Source of the DNA: Nitrospinota bacterium
Lineage (GTDB): Bacteria; Nitrospinota; Nitrospinia; Nitrospinales; VA-1
Length of the DNA stretch: 53,835 nucleotides
Direction of reading: 5' to 3'
Assembly: GCA_038108555.1 (NCBI GenBank)
Contig: JAYNIA010000007.1
Span: 15,903 to 69,737, forward strand
The notes below the pieces were generated by a model, which saw only the letters and a program-made list of their open reading frames with translations, was not told where the DNA came from and did no database searches. The position numbers and the translations under genes were made by a program. This document shows, piece by piece, positions 29,940-40,756 of the stretch. Every line of letters begins with the position of its first letter. The stretch's first letter is position 1.

Positions 29940-31289
29940 TTATTTATTGAGGTAGGGAGACCAGGAAGGACTATGACTTTTGCCTGAAAAAGTGAGCTGC
30001 CGGGCTTCCGTGGCACCCAGGCGTTGAATAAAAATATTGAACCGATTGTTGGTTCGTTTTCGATAAACGATGAATCGGCCATCAGGAGACCAACTGGGTT
30101 GTTCTACAGTACCTGATCCCGTAGAGAGAACTTCACTTTTATGAGTATTTAAATCATAAACACTGATTTTAAATTTCCTTCCCTGACGCGAGGTGTAGGC
30201 AATTTTATCGCCGGAAGGAGACCAGGAAGGGTTGTCGTTATAAGAAGAACCAAATGAGATGCGGGTTACTTTTCCCTTATCCCCTTCTTCAGAATCCATA
30301 ATATATATTTGTGGCGCACCGGTTCCGGACCGATCAGAAGTAAAAGCAATTTTCTTTCCGTCGGGAGACCAGGTAGGGGATGTGTCGATATTAAAATGAC
30401 GTGTCAGTCTTTTCAGGTTTCTATATTTGTTCAAAAGGTAAATCTCGGAGTTTTGATCCCGACTTAAAACCAGAGCGATCTTTTGCATGTCCGGCGACCA
30501 TGCGGGCGCTGCATTCAGACCGGGTAAACGATGCAAGGTTTGGCGCTTGTTCCCCGAAGAATCGATCATGATCAAATCAGGGTTGCCTGCAGCATAAGAT
30601 GTATAAACAATCCACCTGCCATCCGGCGACCACGCCGGGCTGAGATTAACCGTATTGTCCCGTGTCAATTTTTTTAAATTGTAGCCATCAAAATCAATAC
30701 GATAAATTTCTTTGCTACCGTTCTCCTGCCCCAAAAAAGTGATCTTTGTATCTGCAATTCCACGTTTACCAGTCAATTGCAATACCACTTCATCTGCAAA
30801 CCGGTGAACAACTTTTCGCAGCAGTTTTTCTGAAGCTTTGTAACGTTTACCCATTAAGAATCTTTTATTTACGACGTCATAAAGCCTAAAAGTAAAAACC
30901 TGGACATTTCCATTCGACTTCATACTGTATTCGGTTTTTATGACCCACTGAGCTCCTACCTGACGCCAGCTCCTAAAGTCAATCTCAGAACCGGACTGCT
31001 CCATTCTTTCCAGCTCTTCAAAAACCAGCTTACTTAAAGGAGAGAAATGTTCTGAAAGCAACAGGTCTTTTTCCAGAATGCGTTTTGCCTCTTTTCCAAG
31101 GCCTTTAAGGTCCGTCCCCCCTCCCTTGAAGACAAAGTCAGTAATTGCCAGAGAAACTTTTTTTTGGGTTGGTTTTTCCAACTCTAACGTTACACGAGGG
31201 TCGGCCTGAGCATTAAGAGATAAAAAGAAAACAAGGGTTATAAAAACCCATGAAAATACATATTCGGGCTTAATCGTCTTTTGGAACAT
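29940..31289 (-). CDS. tolB: Tol-Pal beta-propeller protein
   Basis: VHRFADEV; repeated PxWSPDG blades; operon context. Confidence 0.93.
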   Translation of the reverse strand: MFQKTIKPEYVFSWVFITLVFFLSLNAQADPRVTLELEKPTQKKVSLAITDFVFKGGGTDLKGLGKEAKRILEKDLLLSEHFSPLSKLVFEELERMEQSGSEIDFRSWRQVGAQWVIKTEYSMKSNGNVQVFTFRLYDVVNKRFLMGKRYKASEKLLRKVVHRFADEVVLQLTGKRGIADTKITFLGQENGSKEIYRIDFDGYNLKKLTRDNTVNLSPAWSPDGRWIVYTSYAAGNPDLIMIDSSGNKRQTLHRLPGLNAAPAWSPDMQKIALVLSRDQNSEIYLLNKYRNLKRLTRHFNIDTSPTWSPDGKKIAFTSDRSGTGAPQIYIMDSEEGDKGKVTRISFGSSYNDNPSWSPSGDKIAYTSRQGRKFKISVYDLNTHKSEVLSTGSGTVEQPSWSPDGRFIVYRKRTNNRFNIFIQRLGATEARQLTFSGKSHSPSWSPYLNK

Positions 31290-32550
31290 ATTTAAAATAG
31301 ATACTTAAAAAAAGGTTGGACTTCTTTAACTCTTTAGGAAATGGAGGAAAAGGGACAGAATCCAGCACGGCTCCCACCGCAAGGGTATCCAACACTTCCA
31401 CACCAGAGCTTTGTTTTATAAATGGTTTATCAATATTCCCCTTGGGAAAAATGTGAAAAGAAATGACCGCTTCTTTGCTATGACGCTCGGCCAAAGGGTC
31501 CCGCCAGTTTTTATATATTTTCTCCTGAACCAATCCGGCATATAAAGATTGGACATCTGCACCGGGGGTTCCTTCCTGATCAGTGGTGACATAGGACTCG
31601 TCTGTATTTTTTGATTCGGCCTTTTCAGGGGTATCAGGTAACCGCAGTTTACTTTGAAATTTGGATTCTTCAAATTTGGCATCTTCCACCTCAACTTTAA
31701 CTCTTGAGGACTCAACCGAAATGGATTCAAACTTTTCCAGAACAGAATCATAAGCCTTGCTCTCTTTTCCACTTACCTTTGTTTCTACAGCCTGATTCTT
31801 TTTATCTTCTTGGGTTGGAGTATCCAGCTTGGCAAGTTTTTCCAGTTCCTCTAAAAGATTTCTTTTTTCAACAACCGGCTCAACAGCTTTTGTTTCCTCT
31901 TTTAGATCGGGGGATTTAATGACCTCTTTTTGCTCAACCACCTCTTCCATTTTTAATTCTTCAAAATCTTCGAGCAGATTTTCTGCCACTGGCTTTGAAC
32001 TTATTACTTTTTCCGGGTTAATCTTTTTTTCTTTTAATTTCTCCAGTTCCCGAAACGTTTCTTCCAAAATCGGTTTGTCAGTTTTGGGTTTCGCAACGGG
32101 TTTCTTTTTTCGGTCCAACATCGCCAACTGATCCAACTCTTCAATCATTTTCTTTGCAGGGAGTGGAGCTACAGCCGCTGCTTTTTTATCCAGTTGCTTT
32201 AGGGCTTTTAAAATTTTACTGGGTTTGGGAGGTGGCACCTTCTTTGGAGGGGGTGCCTTCTTAACAACTTCTTTCTTAACGACCTTTTTCTTAACAGCTT
32301 TTTTCTTTGCCTTTACAGGTTTTCTTTTTTTAGCAGGCGACTTCTTTTCTTTCGCAGGTCTTTTTTTTGCTGCGGGTTTGTTTCCCGTCGGCAGTTCCAC
32401 CAGGTTTACCATAAACGCCGGAACTATGGGCTTGTCAGGTGCTGAAGGCTTGGGAAGGAATAATGTGAATGTGATGATGGCCAGATGCACGAAAACTGAC
32501 AAGACGAGCATTTGGTTAAAATCTAAAGACTGAGGAAGCTGAACTCTCAT
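31270..32550 (-). CDS. tolA: TolA/TonB-family energy transducer
   Basis: N-terminal TM with SVFVH (SHLS-type motif); Lys/Pro-rich stalk; C-terminal SSG..LD..A..PFPPFP. Confidence 0.8.
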   Translation of the reverse strand: MRVQLPQSLDFNQMLVLSVFVHLAIITFTLFLPKPSAPDKPIVPAFMVNLVELPTGNKPAAKKRPAKEKKSPAKKRKPVKAKKKAVKKKVVKKEVVKKAPPPKKVPPPKPSKILKALKQLDKKAAAVAPLPAKKMIEELDQLAMLDRKKKPVAKPKTDKPILEETFRELEKLKEKKINPEKVISSKPVAENLLEDFEELKMEEVVEQKEVIKSPDLKEETKAVEPVVEKRNLLEELEKLAKLDTPTQEDKKNQAVETKVSGKESKAYDSVLEKFESISVESSRVKVEVEDAKFEESKFQSKLRLPDTPEKAESKNTDESYVTTDQEGTPGADVQSLYAGLVQEKIYKNWRDPLAERHSKEAVISFHIFPKGNIDKPFIKQSSGVEVLDTLAVGAVLDSVPFPPFPKELKKSNLFLSIYFKYVPKDD

Positions 32551-32555
32551 GACTT

Positions 32556-32948
32556 TTACGGCTCTGTCACCATTCCAATATTTTCGACCCCTGCCCCTTT
32601 TATGGTTGCCATGACATGCATAACGAATCCGTAATCCAGCATTTTGTCAGCACGTAAATAGATGCTGGCATCTTTTTGTTTTTCCAGATACTGTTCCACC
32701 TTGCGTGTCAATGCCATCAAATTTGGAAGTTCTTGCTGCTTCCAAAAAATCTTTTTATTGCTCTTCACGGTTACCGTGGGAATTTCTTTTATGGGCATGG
32801 GAGCGATGGATTCTTTAGGCAACTGAACATCCATGCCATGCTGCATCAAAGGTGCGGTGATCATAAATATGACCAGCAACACCAACATGACATCCACAAA
32901 CGGAGTAACATTAATATCAGCCAGAAAAGGTCTTCGTCGTTTCAACAT
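32556..32948 (-). CDS. tolR: TolR/ExbD protein
   Basis: INVTPFVDVMLVLLVIFMITAP. Confidence 0.9.
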   Translation of the reverse strand: MLKRRRPFLADINVTPFVDVMLVLLVIFMITAPLMQHGMDVQLPKESIAPMPIKEIPTVTVKSNKKIFWKQQELPNLMALTRKVEQYLEKQKDASIYLRADKMLDYGFVMHVMATIKGAGVENIGMVTEP

Positions 32949-32984
32949 GGGAAATTAATTTATTCTACGCTTTCCTTCCCAAAA

Positions 32985-33737
32985 TCAGGAAAGGTCAAGA
33001 GAACTTTCTTTTTGCTGTGATTGGGTAAAGTTCTTTTCAGCTAAATAGATAAAATCCTGACAAAAATCATCCATGGAGGACGTCAAAACAAAAACTTTAT
33101 TGTTGAGATAGTTAAAAAAGATAACTGCCGGAATAGCCGCCACAAGACCCGCCGCAGTAGCAATAAGGGCTTCTGCAATACCCGGCGCTACTCCCCCGAT
33201 GCTTGCCGTACCCTGAACACCAATGGACCGGAAAGAGTGCATGATGCCCCACACGGTTCCGAACAAACCGATAAAAGGAGTCGTGCTTCCCGTTGTAGCA
33301 AGGAATTCCAACCTTTTGGAAAACCGTTCCACCTCTCGATTGATCGATTTATTCAGTGCAAGACTGATCCCTTTTATATCCCTTTCTGTCAATTTTTCTC
33401 CAGAAGGAGGAGGCATTTCACCGCGTTTTTTCCTGTCCTCTTTTGCCATTTCCTGGAAAAGATAAAGCTCCCGATAGCCGGTTAAAAATAGTCTGGCCAA
33501 TGGACTCACACGAAGTTCTTTGGCAAAGTTATATATTTGTGTGAGGTTTTCATTTTTTGAAAACACTTCAAGGAACTTCTTGTCTTCATTTTTTGCGGCC
33601 TTGTAAACAAAATATTTGTTCAACATGATGGCCCAGGAGGTAATAGAAAAAATCAAAAGGGTCAGCAAAACGCCTTTTGCCATCAAGGTGGATTGCATTA
33701 CCAGTTCAACTACACCTAAAGGTTGGTCAGGAGTCAT
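32985..33737 (-). CDS. tolQ: TolQ proton channel protein
   Basis: PFIGLFGTVWGIM and VAPGIAEALIATAAGL motifs. Confidence 0.93.
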   Translation of the reverse strand: MTPDQPLGVVELVMQSTLMAKGVLLTLLIFSITSWAIMLNKYFVYKAAKNEDKKFLEVFSKNENLTQIYNFAKELRVSPLARLFLTGYRELYLFQEMAKEDRKKRGEMPPPSGEKLTERDIKGISLALNKSINREVERFSKRLEFLATTGSTTPFIGLFGTVWGIMHSFRSIGVQGTASIGGVAPGIAEALIATAAGLVAAIPAVIFFNYLNNKVFVLTSSMDDFCQDFIYLAEKNFTQSQQKESSLDLS

Positions 33738-33912
33738 ACGCTGTATCTCTTTGCGAGAGGGCTGGGTTCAAAGGAGGCGGAAATTGAATAAATTTTAATT
33801 AAATAATTCAACAACTTACTTTAATTAAAACATAGAGGTAAGTCAAATAATAATAAGGAGGAAAATTAACTGCAGCGGGGGTAGAAGAGCTCGAACAAAT
33901 TTCCCAATATGC

Positions 33913-34485
33913 TCAGGATTTAACTCTTTCCAGATATTCACCAGTAGTTGTCGAAACTTTTACCGACTCACCCACCTTGATAAACTGAGGCACTGTCACA
34001 ACCAGTCCCGTTTCCAGGGTAGCTGGTTTTCCCGAGCCCGACGCGGTCGCACCTTTTAATCCGGGTTCGGTTTCGGTCACTTTAAGTTCAACTGTTTCGG
34101 GGAAGGAAACGCCAACGGCGGCATCATCGCAAAATTCTACGATGAGACGGGTATTGGGAAGTAAAAACTTTTTTCCATCTCCAATGATTTTATCATCCAA
34201 AAAAATCTGTTCATAGGTTTCACAATTCATAAAGCAGAATCCGGAAGGATCCTCATAGAGGTATTCCATGTCGATCTGTTCCATTTCAGCACGTTCGACA
34301 GATTCATCGGACCGGAACTTGATTTCAGTTTGTGTACCATCCTTAAGATTTCTCAGTTTGGCCTGCATAAAAGCCCTGCCTTTTCCCGGCGTTCGGTGCT
34401 CTGCTGTCATGACCCGGTACAAAACCCCTTTCAATTTGATCACGTAACCAACGCGCAACCCATTACCATTTACAAATGCTACCAT
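33913..34485 (-). CDS. efp: Elongation factor P
   Basis: TPGKG loop, KPATLETG and GEYLER motifs. Confidence 0.96.
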   Translation of the reverse strand: MVAFVNGNGLRVGYVIKLKGVLYRVMTAEHRTPGKGRAFMQAKLRNLKDGTQTEIKFRSDESVERAEMEQIDMEYLYEDPSGFCFMNCETYEQIFLDDKIIGDGKKFLLPNTRLIVEFCDDAAVGVSFPETVELKVTETEPGLKGATASGSGKPATLETGLVVTVPQFIKVGESVKVSTTTGEYLERVKS

Positions 34486-34624
34486 TGTTTAAACCCTCAA
34501 AGGAATACAATTAATTTGATTATAAGCTCTTAGAGAAAACCAGATTTTGTGATTATATAGAGGCAGCTTTGAGAATCAAGAAAAATTAAAACTCGCCTGA
34601 CATCTTGCATTTTAGGTTCCTGCT

Positions 34625-35284
34625 ATGACATGTCCACTCTGCAGTAAAAGCGCACAATTTTTTCTTAAGGGAGAAAACCGTGAGTACCATTTATGCAATC
34701 AATGCGGATTAATCTTTGTCCCTCCTCAATTTCATATCTCTCCAGACTCTGAAAAAGCAAGATATCAGGAACACGAAAACAGTCTGGATAACAAAGGTTA
34801 TGTTGATATGTTCATGGAAAAAGTTGACCTGATCAAAAAACACTGTCCACCATTAAAAACAGCATTGGATTTTGGATGCGGATATGAGCCGGTATTAAAA
34901 ACTTTACTTGAAAGAGAAGGACTGCAGACGGATATTTATGATCCATATTTTTTTCCCGAGTTTCCAGGAAACAAAACCTATGATCTGGTAGTTTCAACCG
35001 AAACGTTTGAACATTTAAAAAACCCCAGCCAGGACATCCAACTGGCTGGAAATTGTGTCGCCCCGTCAGGATTCCTAGCGATAATGACCCGCTTTTACCC
35101 CTTGGCAGACGGAAAACCCTGCGAAAAAATTTTTTCTGACTGGTATTACAAGCGCGATCCCACTCACATTACTTTTTATACATCCAAAAGTTTTGAGTGG
35201 ATTGCCGAGCAATGGGGATTCAAAATCATTTTTAATAATCAGTTCGATTTTGTCCTTTTGCAAAAATCTTCACTTCCTAAATAA
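34625..35284 (+). CDS. Class I SAM-dependent methyltransferase with N-terminal Zn-binding motif
   Basis: CPLC..CNQC, LDFGCG, ETFEH and WYYKRDPTH motifs. Confidence 0.88.
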   Translation: MTCPLCSKSAQFFLKGENREYHLCNQCGLIFVPPQFHISPDSEKARYQEHENSLDNKGYVDMFMEKVDLIKKHCPPLKTALDFGCGYEPVLKTLLEREGLQTDIYDPYFFPEFPGNKTYDLVVSTETFEHLKNPSQDIQLAGNCVAPSGFLAIMTRFYPLADGKPCEKIFSDWYYKRDPTHITFYTSKSFEWIAEQWGFKIIFNNQFDFVLLQKSSLPK

Positions 35285-35396
35285 AAATGGCTTCCCCTTT
35301 TTATTAAAAAATTTGATATAAAATAATTTTTGGTGCTTGTGAATCATGCCAAGGAAAATTTACACAGCTTTTATGAAATTTTAATTACGAGGAATT

Positions 35397-37070
35397 ATGT
35401 CGGGCGAATATATATTTACAATGCAGGGCCTCATAAAGAGGTATGGGCGTAACGAGGTTCTTAATGGAATCAATCTTTGTTTTTATCATGGGGCAAAAAT
35501 AGGCATTGTCGGCGAAAATGGTTCTGGAAAATCCACCTTACTTAAAATCATGGCAAGGCAGGATAACGATTTCGAAGGCCAGGCGGCACCACTCAAAGGG
35601 TCGACCATTGGCTTTCTCCCGCAAGAACCGGTGCTGGATGATGACCAGACCGTTCGGGAAAATGTGGAACAAGCTTTCGGTGACATAAAAAAAATGATCG
35701 AAGAATTTAATGCTGTCAGCGCAAAAATGGCTGAACCCATGTCGGATGAAGAAATGGAAAAAGCCATGGAAAAAATGGGCCGATTGCAGGATCAGATTGA
35801 TGCGGTCGATGGCTGGGAATTGGATCGACAGGTTGAAGTTGCGATGGATGCTCTGGTTTTGCCTGCAGACGATCAAAAAGCCGGAACCCTTTCGGGTGGG
35901 GAAGCCCGTCGCGTTGCTTTATGCAAACTGCTCCTGCAAAAACCCGACATGATTCTTCTGGATGAACCCACCAACCATCTCGACGCGGAAACGGTGCAAT
36001 GGCTTGAAGATGCCTTGTCCACTTATCCCGGCAACGTAATCGTTTCGACTCACGATCGCTATTTTCTGGACAATATCACTAAATGGATTCTTGAACTTGA
36101 AGGCGGAAAAGGAAAACCTTTCGAGGGGAATTACTCTTCCTGGCTGGAACAAAAGGCAGAAATTTTACGTCGGCGCGAAAAAATCGCCTCTACCTTGCAA
36201 AAAAGACTCGACAAAGAACTTCAATGGTTGAGGGAAACTCCCGGCGCACGCCGCAAGCACAATAAAGGAAGAATCAACGAATATGAAAAACTGTCCTCCA
36301 GAAAAGTGGATATCGAAGACAATACTTTGGAAATTCAAATTGCACCAGGTCCGCAACTTGGGGAGCAGGTAATTGAAGTCGAGTCTTTAACTAAAGGTTA
36401 TGGAAATGAACCGGTATTTAAAGATCTCACCTTTTCAGTCCCCCGTGGCGCAGTGGTCGGTTTGATTGGACCCAATGGCGCAGGAAAAACAACTTTATTC
36501 AAAATGATTGCAGGTGAAGAACAACCTGATTCCGGATCACTTAAACTGGGCTCTACCGTCAAGCTTTCTTATGTCGACCAGCATCGACACGATCTGGACG
36601 GTGAAAAAACCGTGTTTGAAGAAATCACGGGAGGAACCGAGCATATTGAGGTCGCAGGCAAAACGATCAACTCACGGGCTTACGTGGGCCGTTTTAATTT
36701 CAAAGGACCCGATCAACAAAAAAAGGTGGGAGAACTTTCAGGCGGCGAACGCAATCGGGTTCACCTTGCCAAGCTATTACGACGCGGCGGAAATGTACTT
36801 CTCTTAGACGAACCCACCAATGATCTGGATGTAACTACCCTAAGAAATCTTGAAAATGCCATTCTCGATTTCAACGGTTGCGTGCTGGTCATCAGCCATG
36901 ACCGGTTTTTTCTGGATAGAATTTGCACCCATTTGCTGGTTTTTGAAGGGGACAGCAAAGTACGCTGGTTTGAAGGAAACTTTGAAGAGTATCAGGAAAA
37001 AAGAAAACAGGAGTTGGGAGGAAAAGAAGAAAACCGACGGTCGAAATACAAAAAGCTAACGATTCATTAG
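35397..37070 (+). CDS. ettA: Energy-dependent translational throttle ABC-F ATPase
   Basis: Two ABC domains; GAKIGIVG, FEGNYSSWL, FNFKGPDQQKKVG and WFEGNF motifs. Confidence 0.95.
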   Translation: MSGEYIFTMQGLIKRYGRNEVLNGINLCFYHGAKIGIVGENGSGKSTLLKIMARQDNDFEGQAAPLKGSTIGFLPQEPVLDDDQTVRENVEQAFGDIKKMIEEFNAVSAKMAEPMSDEEMEKAMEKMGRLQDQIDAVDGWELDRQVEVAMDALVLPADDQKAGTLSGGEARRVALCKLLLQKPDMILLDEPTNHLDAETVQWLEDALSTYPGNVIVSTHDRYFLDNITKWILELEGGKGKPFEGNYSSWLEQKAEILRRREKIASTLQKRLDKELQWLRETPGARRKHNKGRINEYEKLSSRKVDIEDNTLEIQIAPGPQLGEQVIEVESLTKGYGNEPVFKDLTFSVPRGAVVGLIGPNGAGKTTLFKMIAGEEQPDSGSLKLGSTVKLSYVDQHRHDLDGEKTVFEEITGGTEHIEVAGKTINSRAYVGRFNFKGPDQQKKVGELSGGERNRVHLAKLLRRGGNVLLLDEPTNDLDVTTLRNLENAILDFNGCVLVISHDRFFLDRICTHLLVFEGDSKVRWFEGNFEEYQEKRKQELGGKEENRRSKYKKLTIH

Positions 37071-37077
37071 CCCATTT

Positions 37078-37521
37078 TTATTTTCCGAACTGCCTGACGT
37101 AATGTATCAACACCCAGATTTGCCAGTCGGCCAGATCGGAGTATGCAGGCATGGCAGTGCCTTCAATTCCGTTCTTGATCGCCCAAAACATTTGACCGTC
37201 TGAAACATCTTTCATGGTGTCGGCACATGTAAAATTTCTTGCGGGTGGGTTGGCTTGCAATCCCAACTCCCCGGTTCCATCCCCTCTTGCACCATGACAA
37301 TGAAGGCATTGCATGGGTTGTGCCTTATCTAAGTACAACACCTCTCCCTTTTTTAATCTATTGGCAGTGGCTTCAAGAGGGTTTTTTAATTTCAGGTATT
37401 TTGCGGGTGCCGCAGGTGTGGTTCGTTTTTGTGGACACTCAGCCTTATCCGGTTTATCCGCAAATCCGTAGGTATAGGTAATAGCTAAAATGACAACCGA
37501 GAGAAAAATTATTTTTTTCAT
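37078..37521 (-). CDS. Exported monoheme cytochrome c
   Basis: Signal peptide from ATG 37521 (MKKIIF); CLHCH; GTAMPA axial Met. Confidence 0.88.
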   Translation of the reverse strand: MKKIIFLSVVILAITYTYGFADKPDKAECPQKRTTPAAPAKYLKLKNPLEATANRLKKGEVLYLDKAQPMQCLHCHGARGDGTGELGLQANPPARNFTCADTMKDVSDGQMFWAIKNGIEGTAMPAYSDLADWQIWVLIHYVRQFGK

Positions 37522-37568
37522 TTTGCCCCGAACGACCCCAATCCAAAACAAAGGTAGGCTCAAAATTA

Positions 37569-39983
37569 TTAGCAATCATTCTGATGTGCAGGGAACATGA
37601 CCGAGAAAGTTGTTCCCACTCCCATGCTGGAAGACACATCAATATGTCCGCCATATTTTACCACTAATTTGTGCACAATATTCAAACCTAATCCAGTTCC
37701 TTTACCTTGTTCTTTTGTGGTGAAAAAGGGGTCATAAATTTTGGAGAGGTATTCCTGAGGGATTCCGGGACCAGTATCTTTTATTGTTGCAACTACATTT
37801 CCGTTCTGGGCTTCTGTAGAAACTACCAATTTCCCTTTTCCGCCCATTGCCTGGACGGAATTGGTCAGTAAATTCAAAAAAACCTGTTGAATTTCTTCGG
37901 TTTTTGCCAAAACAGGAGGAATGGAAGAAAAGTTTTTTTCGAGTTGGATATCGTTACTGTACGAAGCAAGAATGGCAATCTCAATAGCCGCATTAATACG
38001 CTCGTTAATATCCACTTCCTTTTTTTCTGCCGTGGAAGGAGCCCTTACATAACCCGACATGTTGAGGATAACCGAAGACATATGCTTGGATCGATCAACA
38101 ACCTTTTGAGCATATTTCTTAACTTTTTTAGGATCTTTCTCGTCCAGGATTATCTCCGAAAATCCCATAATAGACACCAGAGGGTTATTCAGTTCATGGG
38201 CAATGCCTGCGGTTAAAGTTCCCAGCCCGGACAATTTTTCTGCAAGCGCCAATTGGTCCTGCAAATCGACTTCTTCAGTAACATTCCTTAAAAGTATTCC
38301 CACATGTTTTTCGCTTCGCTCCTGAAGGATCAAATCAAATATCTGGTAAGCAAAGATTTTATCTTTCAGTCTTATGGTTTGCTGCATACTTTGCAAAGAG
38401 GTTAAATCTTTGGGAGCCAGAGGGTCAATGGGCATGTAATTTCGAAAATTTGTATCTCCTATGCCTTCAGTAGAAACTGCTGGGGCATTTTCAAAATGGT
38501 TTTTGACTGCATCGTAAAGCACTCGCCAGGGTTCAACCAAATTGAGGTTTAAACTCAAAAGGTCTTTTCCCCGAATCGAATCGGAACCTTGTTTAATGAT
38601 ATTTTCAAATGCAGCATTGCAGTATTCGATTTTCAGATCAGAATCAAAAATCACAACGGCATCGGGGACACTCATTAAAATACTATCGGTATATTCTTTT
38701 AAATAACGAAACTCTTTTGTTTTTTTCAGGACCTGGTTTTCCAGTCCTGAAAAAGATTTCTGCAACAACTCGTTCATGGAATTGACTTCATCTGCAAGCG
38801 CTTCTATTTCATCTCCCGTTTGAATTTCCAGCGGAGCCACCTTCTCTCCCTTACCAATTCGGGCTGCGGCATTTTGAAGCCTCCGAATAGGCTGCACAAT
38901 TCTTTTAGCGGCCATGGAACCCATGATGCCTATCAACAATACCGACACTACAACTGCCATCGATATCCAGAGAAAAAGTTTATTCATAGGGGCAAACAAT
39001 TCATCTGACGACTGCCAGGCAAAGGTGTACCAGTCGTTTCCAGTAGAGGGGGATGTATAGTTGCGGGTTAAACTCAAGGGAGAAAACCCAATAATGGAAA
39101 GCTCTTTGCCCCCATGACCATCTCCAATAGTTTTCACCCAATGAGGTTCCGGGCGAGTCACATTTCTCACTAGAAGCGGATCGGCCAACTGGAAACCGGT
39201 AGGCAATATAGGACAATCGATCACCACCCCCTTTGAATCGATTAACATCACATGCCCGGTATCTCCAAAAGTAATGGGCTCTATCGATCCAGAAAATAAT
39301 TCCCGGGCATCAAAAATGTGATGAAGAATTCCAATGGGGTTTTCCCTTTTATCCTTTATGGGAAAAGCAAATTGCAGAAGAGGTGCCTCCGATTTTTTAT
39401 GGTTGTAGATAGAACTAATGAATACGGGTGTCTTTTCACCCTCCAATAATTTTTCCCGGACAGAATTATTTTTGTAAATAAATTCCGGGAAACCATTGAT
39501 GCTTCCCTGCAAAACGCCAAAAGAGTCCGTCACGAACAGCGCACGTGTTGCCAAGGCGGAAGGATTTTTTCTTTTAAGAAAGTTTTTTAGAATTTTACTG
39601 GTTTCTTCGTAGTGGAGAGATTTGGTCTTTCTTTCGGAGTTTTCCCAATCGGCTTTATCCTGTTCAAGGACCTGAGCCCTTTGTTCGGAATCCAAAAAAC
39701 GCAGCCTTTGGTGTGATTTTAAAATAGAATCCCGGATCAACGGATCTGTTGCAAGCCGATCATGGGCGAGAATTTCCCCCTCTATTAAAAGGTCTATTTT
39801 AGTGGAAGTTTCGTACGCTAACGCCTTGAAACTGGCTCCAATCACTCCCTGGAGGGATTTTGTACCTTGGAAATAGGAGAGAATCATAGCCAGAATCAAG
39901 GGTAGCGCCCCAACACCCAGCATCGTCCAGATCAGTTTATTTTTTAATCCGGCTCTTACGTTTTTTGAATCATGTGTTCCCAT
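37569..39983 (-). CDS. Sensor histidine kinase (periplasmic Cache-like, HAMP, PAS, HisKA, HATPase; NtrB-like transmitter)
   Basis: Two TMs; GDEIEALA HAMP; AGIAHELNNP, DTGPGI and PFFTTK..GTGLGL motifs. Confidence 0.92.
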   Translation of the reverse strand: MGTHDSKNVRAGLKNKLIWTMLGVGALPLILAMILSYFQGTKSLQGVIGASFKALAYETSTKIDLLIEGEILAHDRLATDPLIRDSILKSHQRLRFLDSEQRAQVLEQDKADWENSERKTKSLHYEETSKILKNFLKRKNPSALATRALFVTDSFGVLQGSINGFPEFIYKNNSVREKLLEGEKTPVFISSIYNHKKSEAPLLQFAFPIKDKRENPIGILHHIFDARELFSGSIEPITFGDTGHVMLIDSKGVVIDCPILPTGFQLADPLLVRNVTRPEPHWVKTIGDGHGGKELSIIGFSPLSLTRNYTSPSTGNDWYTFAWQSSDELFAPMNKLFLWISMAVVVSVLLIGIMGSMAAKRIVQPIRRLQNAAARIGKGEKVAPLEIQTGDEIEALADEVNSMNELLQKSFSGLENQVLKKTKEFRYLKEYTDSILMSVPDAVVIFDSDLKIEYCNAAFENIIKQGSDSIRGKDLLSLNLNLVEPWRVLYDAVKNHFENAPAVSTEGIGDTNFRNYMPIDPLAPKDLTSLQSMQQTIRLKDKIFAYQIFDLILQERSEKHVGILLRNVTEEVDLQDQLALAEKLSGLGTLTAGIAHELNNPLVSIMGFSEIILDEKDPKKVKKYAQKVVDRSKHMSSVILNMSGYVRAPSTAEKKEVDINERINAAIEIAILASYSNDIQLEKNFSSIPPVLAKTEEIQQVFLNLLTNSVQAMGGKGKLVVSTEAQNGNVVATIKDTGPGIPQEYLSKIYDPFFTTKEQGKGTGLGLNIVHKLVVKYGGHIDVSSSMGVGTTFSVMFPAHQNDC

Positions 39984-40048
39984 TGTTCATCCCGCATTGG
40001 CGGCAATAACCCGGATAAATCGATTCGACTTATTTTTGAGAACAAACT

Positions 40049-40471
40049 TTAAACGTAATCAAACTCCTGCTCAGATGACAAAACTTCCTTCACCTTCTCA
40101 AGCAGTTTTTCCTTTTCCACAGGTTTGACCAAATAATCTTTAACTCCTTTCTTCAGCAAAGACACAGCAAGCTCTGAATCAGGATATCCAGTAACAACCA
40201 TTATCGGGATGGATGGCGCGTTCTCTTTAAGGTAATCAATGGCTTCAATACCATTTACTTTGGGCATGCGAATATCGCAGATAATAAGCCCTACCTGAAG
40301 CATGTTTGCCCCCGTTTTCATTAACGCCATCCCTTCTTCCCCATTTTCAGCTTCAATAACATTAAAGTTTGCTGATTCAAGGTGAATCTTTAAAACTTCC
40401 CTGACATCGGGCTCATCATCGATGACTAAAATTTTTCCCTTGGTGCTGGAAGCATCTTCAATAAATGACAT
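40049..40471 (-). CDS. Single-domain response regulator
   Basis: ILVIDDE, CDIRMP, VTG and YLVKP motifs; AGGAGG SD before ATG 40471. Confidence 0.92.
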   Translation of the reverse strand: MSFIEDASSTKGKILVIDDEPDVREVLKIHLESANFNVIEAENGEEGMALMKTGANMLQVGLIICDIRMPKVNGIEAIDYLKENAPSIPIMVVTGYPDSELAVSLLKKGVKDYLVKPVEKEKLLEKVKEVLSSEQEFDYV

Positions 40472-40712
40472 GGGAACCTCCTTAGGCAATTTGAAAAAAT
40501 TTATTACACCCTTTGGGGACAATAACCTGCGCTGGTCGCGCGACTAAATTTAAATATAGTCCTCTTCTAAATTCCTGCCACCAATTGGAAAATGAATTTT
40601 TTTTCATTAATAAAAAGCGAGGTCTCAAAAATAGGAAATACTACCTTGGAGGTTTAAAAACCTGAGTGATTTTTAGGTTTGGAAAAATGAAGAAAACAAA
40701 ATTTGGAATTGG

Positions 40713-40750
40713 AAAATCCCTGCCTTTCCATATAGAAACGCAGGGGTTTT
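40713..40750 (-). terminator. Terminator after the cytochrome c operon
   Basis: AAAATCCCTGC...GCAGGGGTTTT inverted repeat just past the 40757 stop. Confidence 0.65.
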
Positions 40751-40756
40751 CAGAAA

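Noticed and set aside
29950..30650. Recurring GGAGACCA/GGCGACCA nucleotide motifs as a CRISPR-like repeat
   Set aside because: They encode the WSP blades of the TolB propeller.
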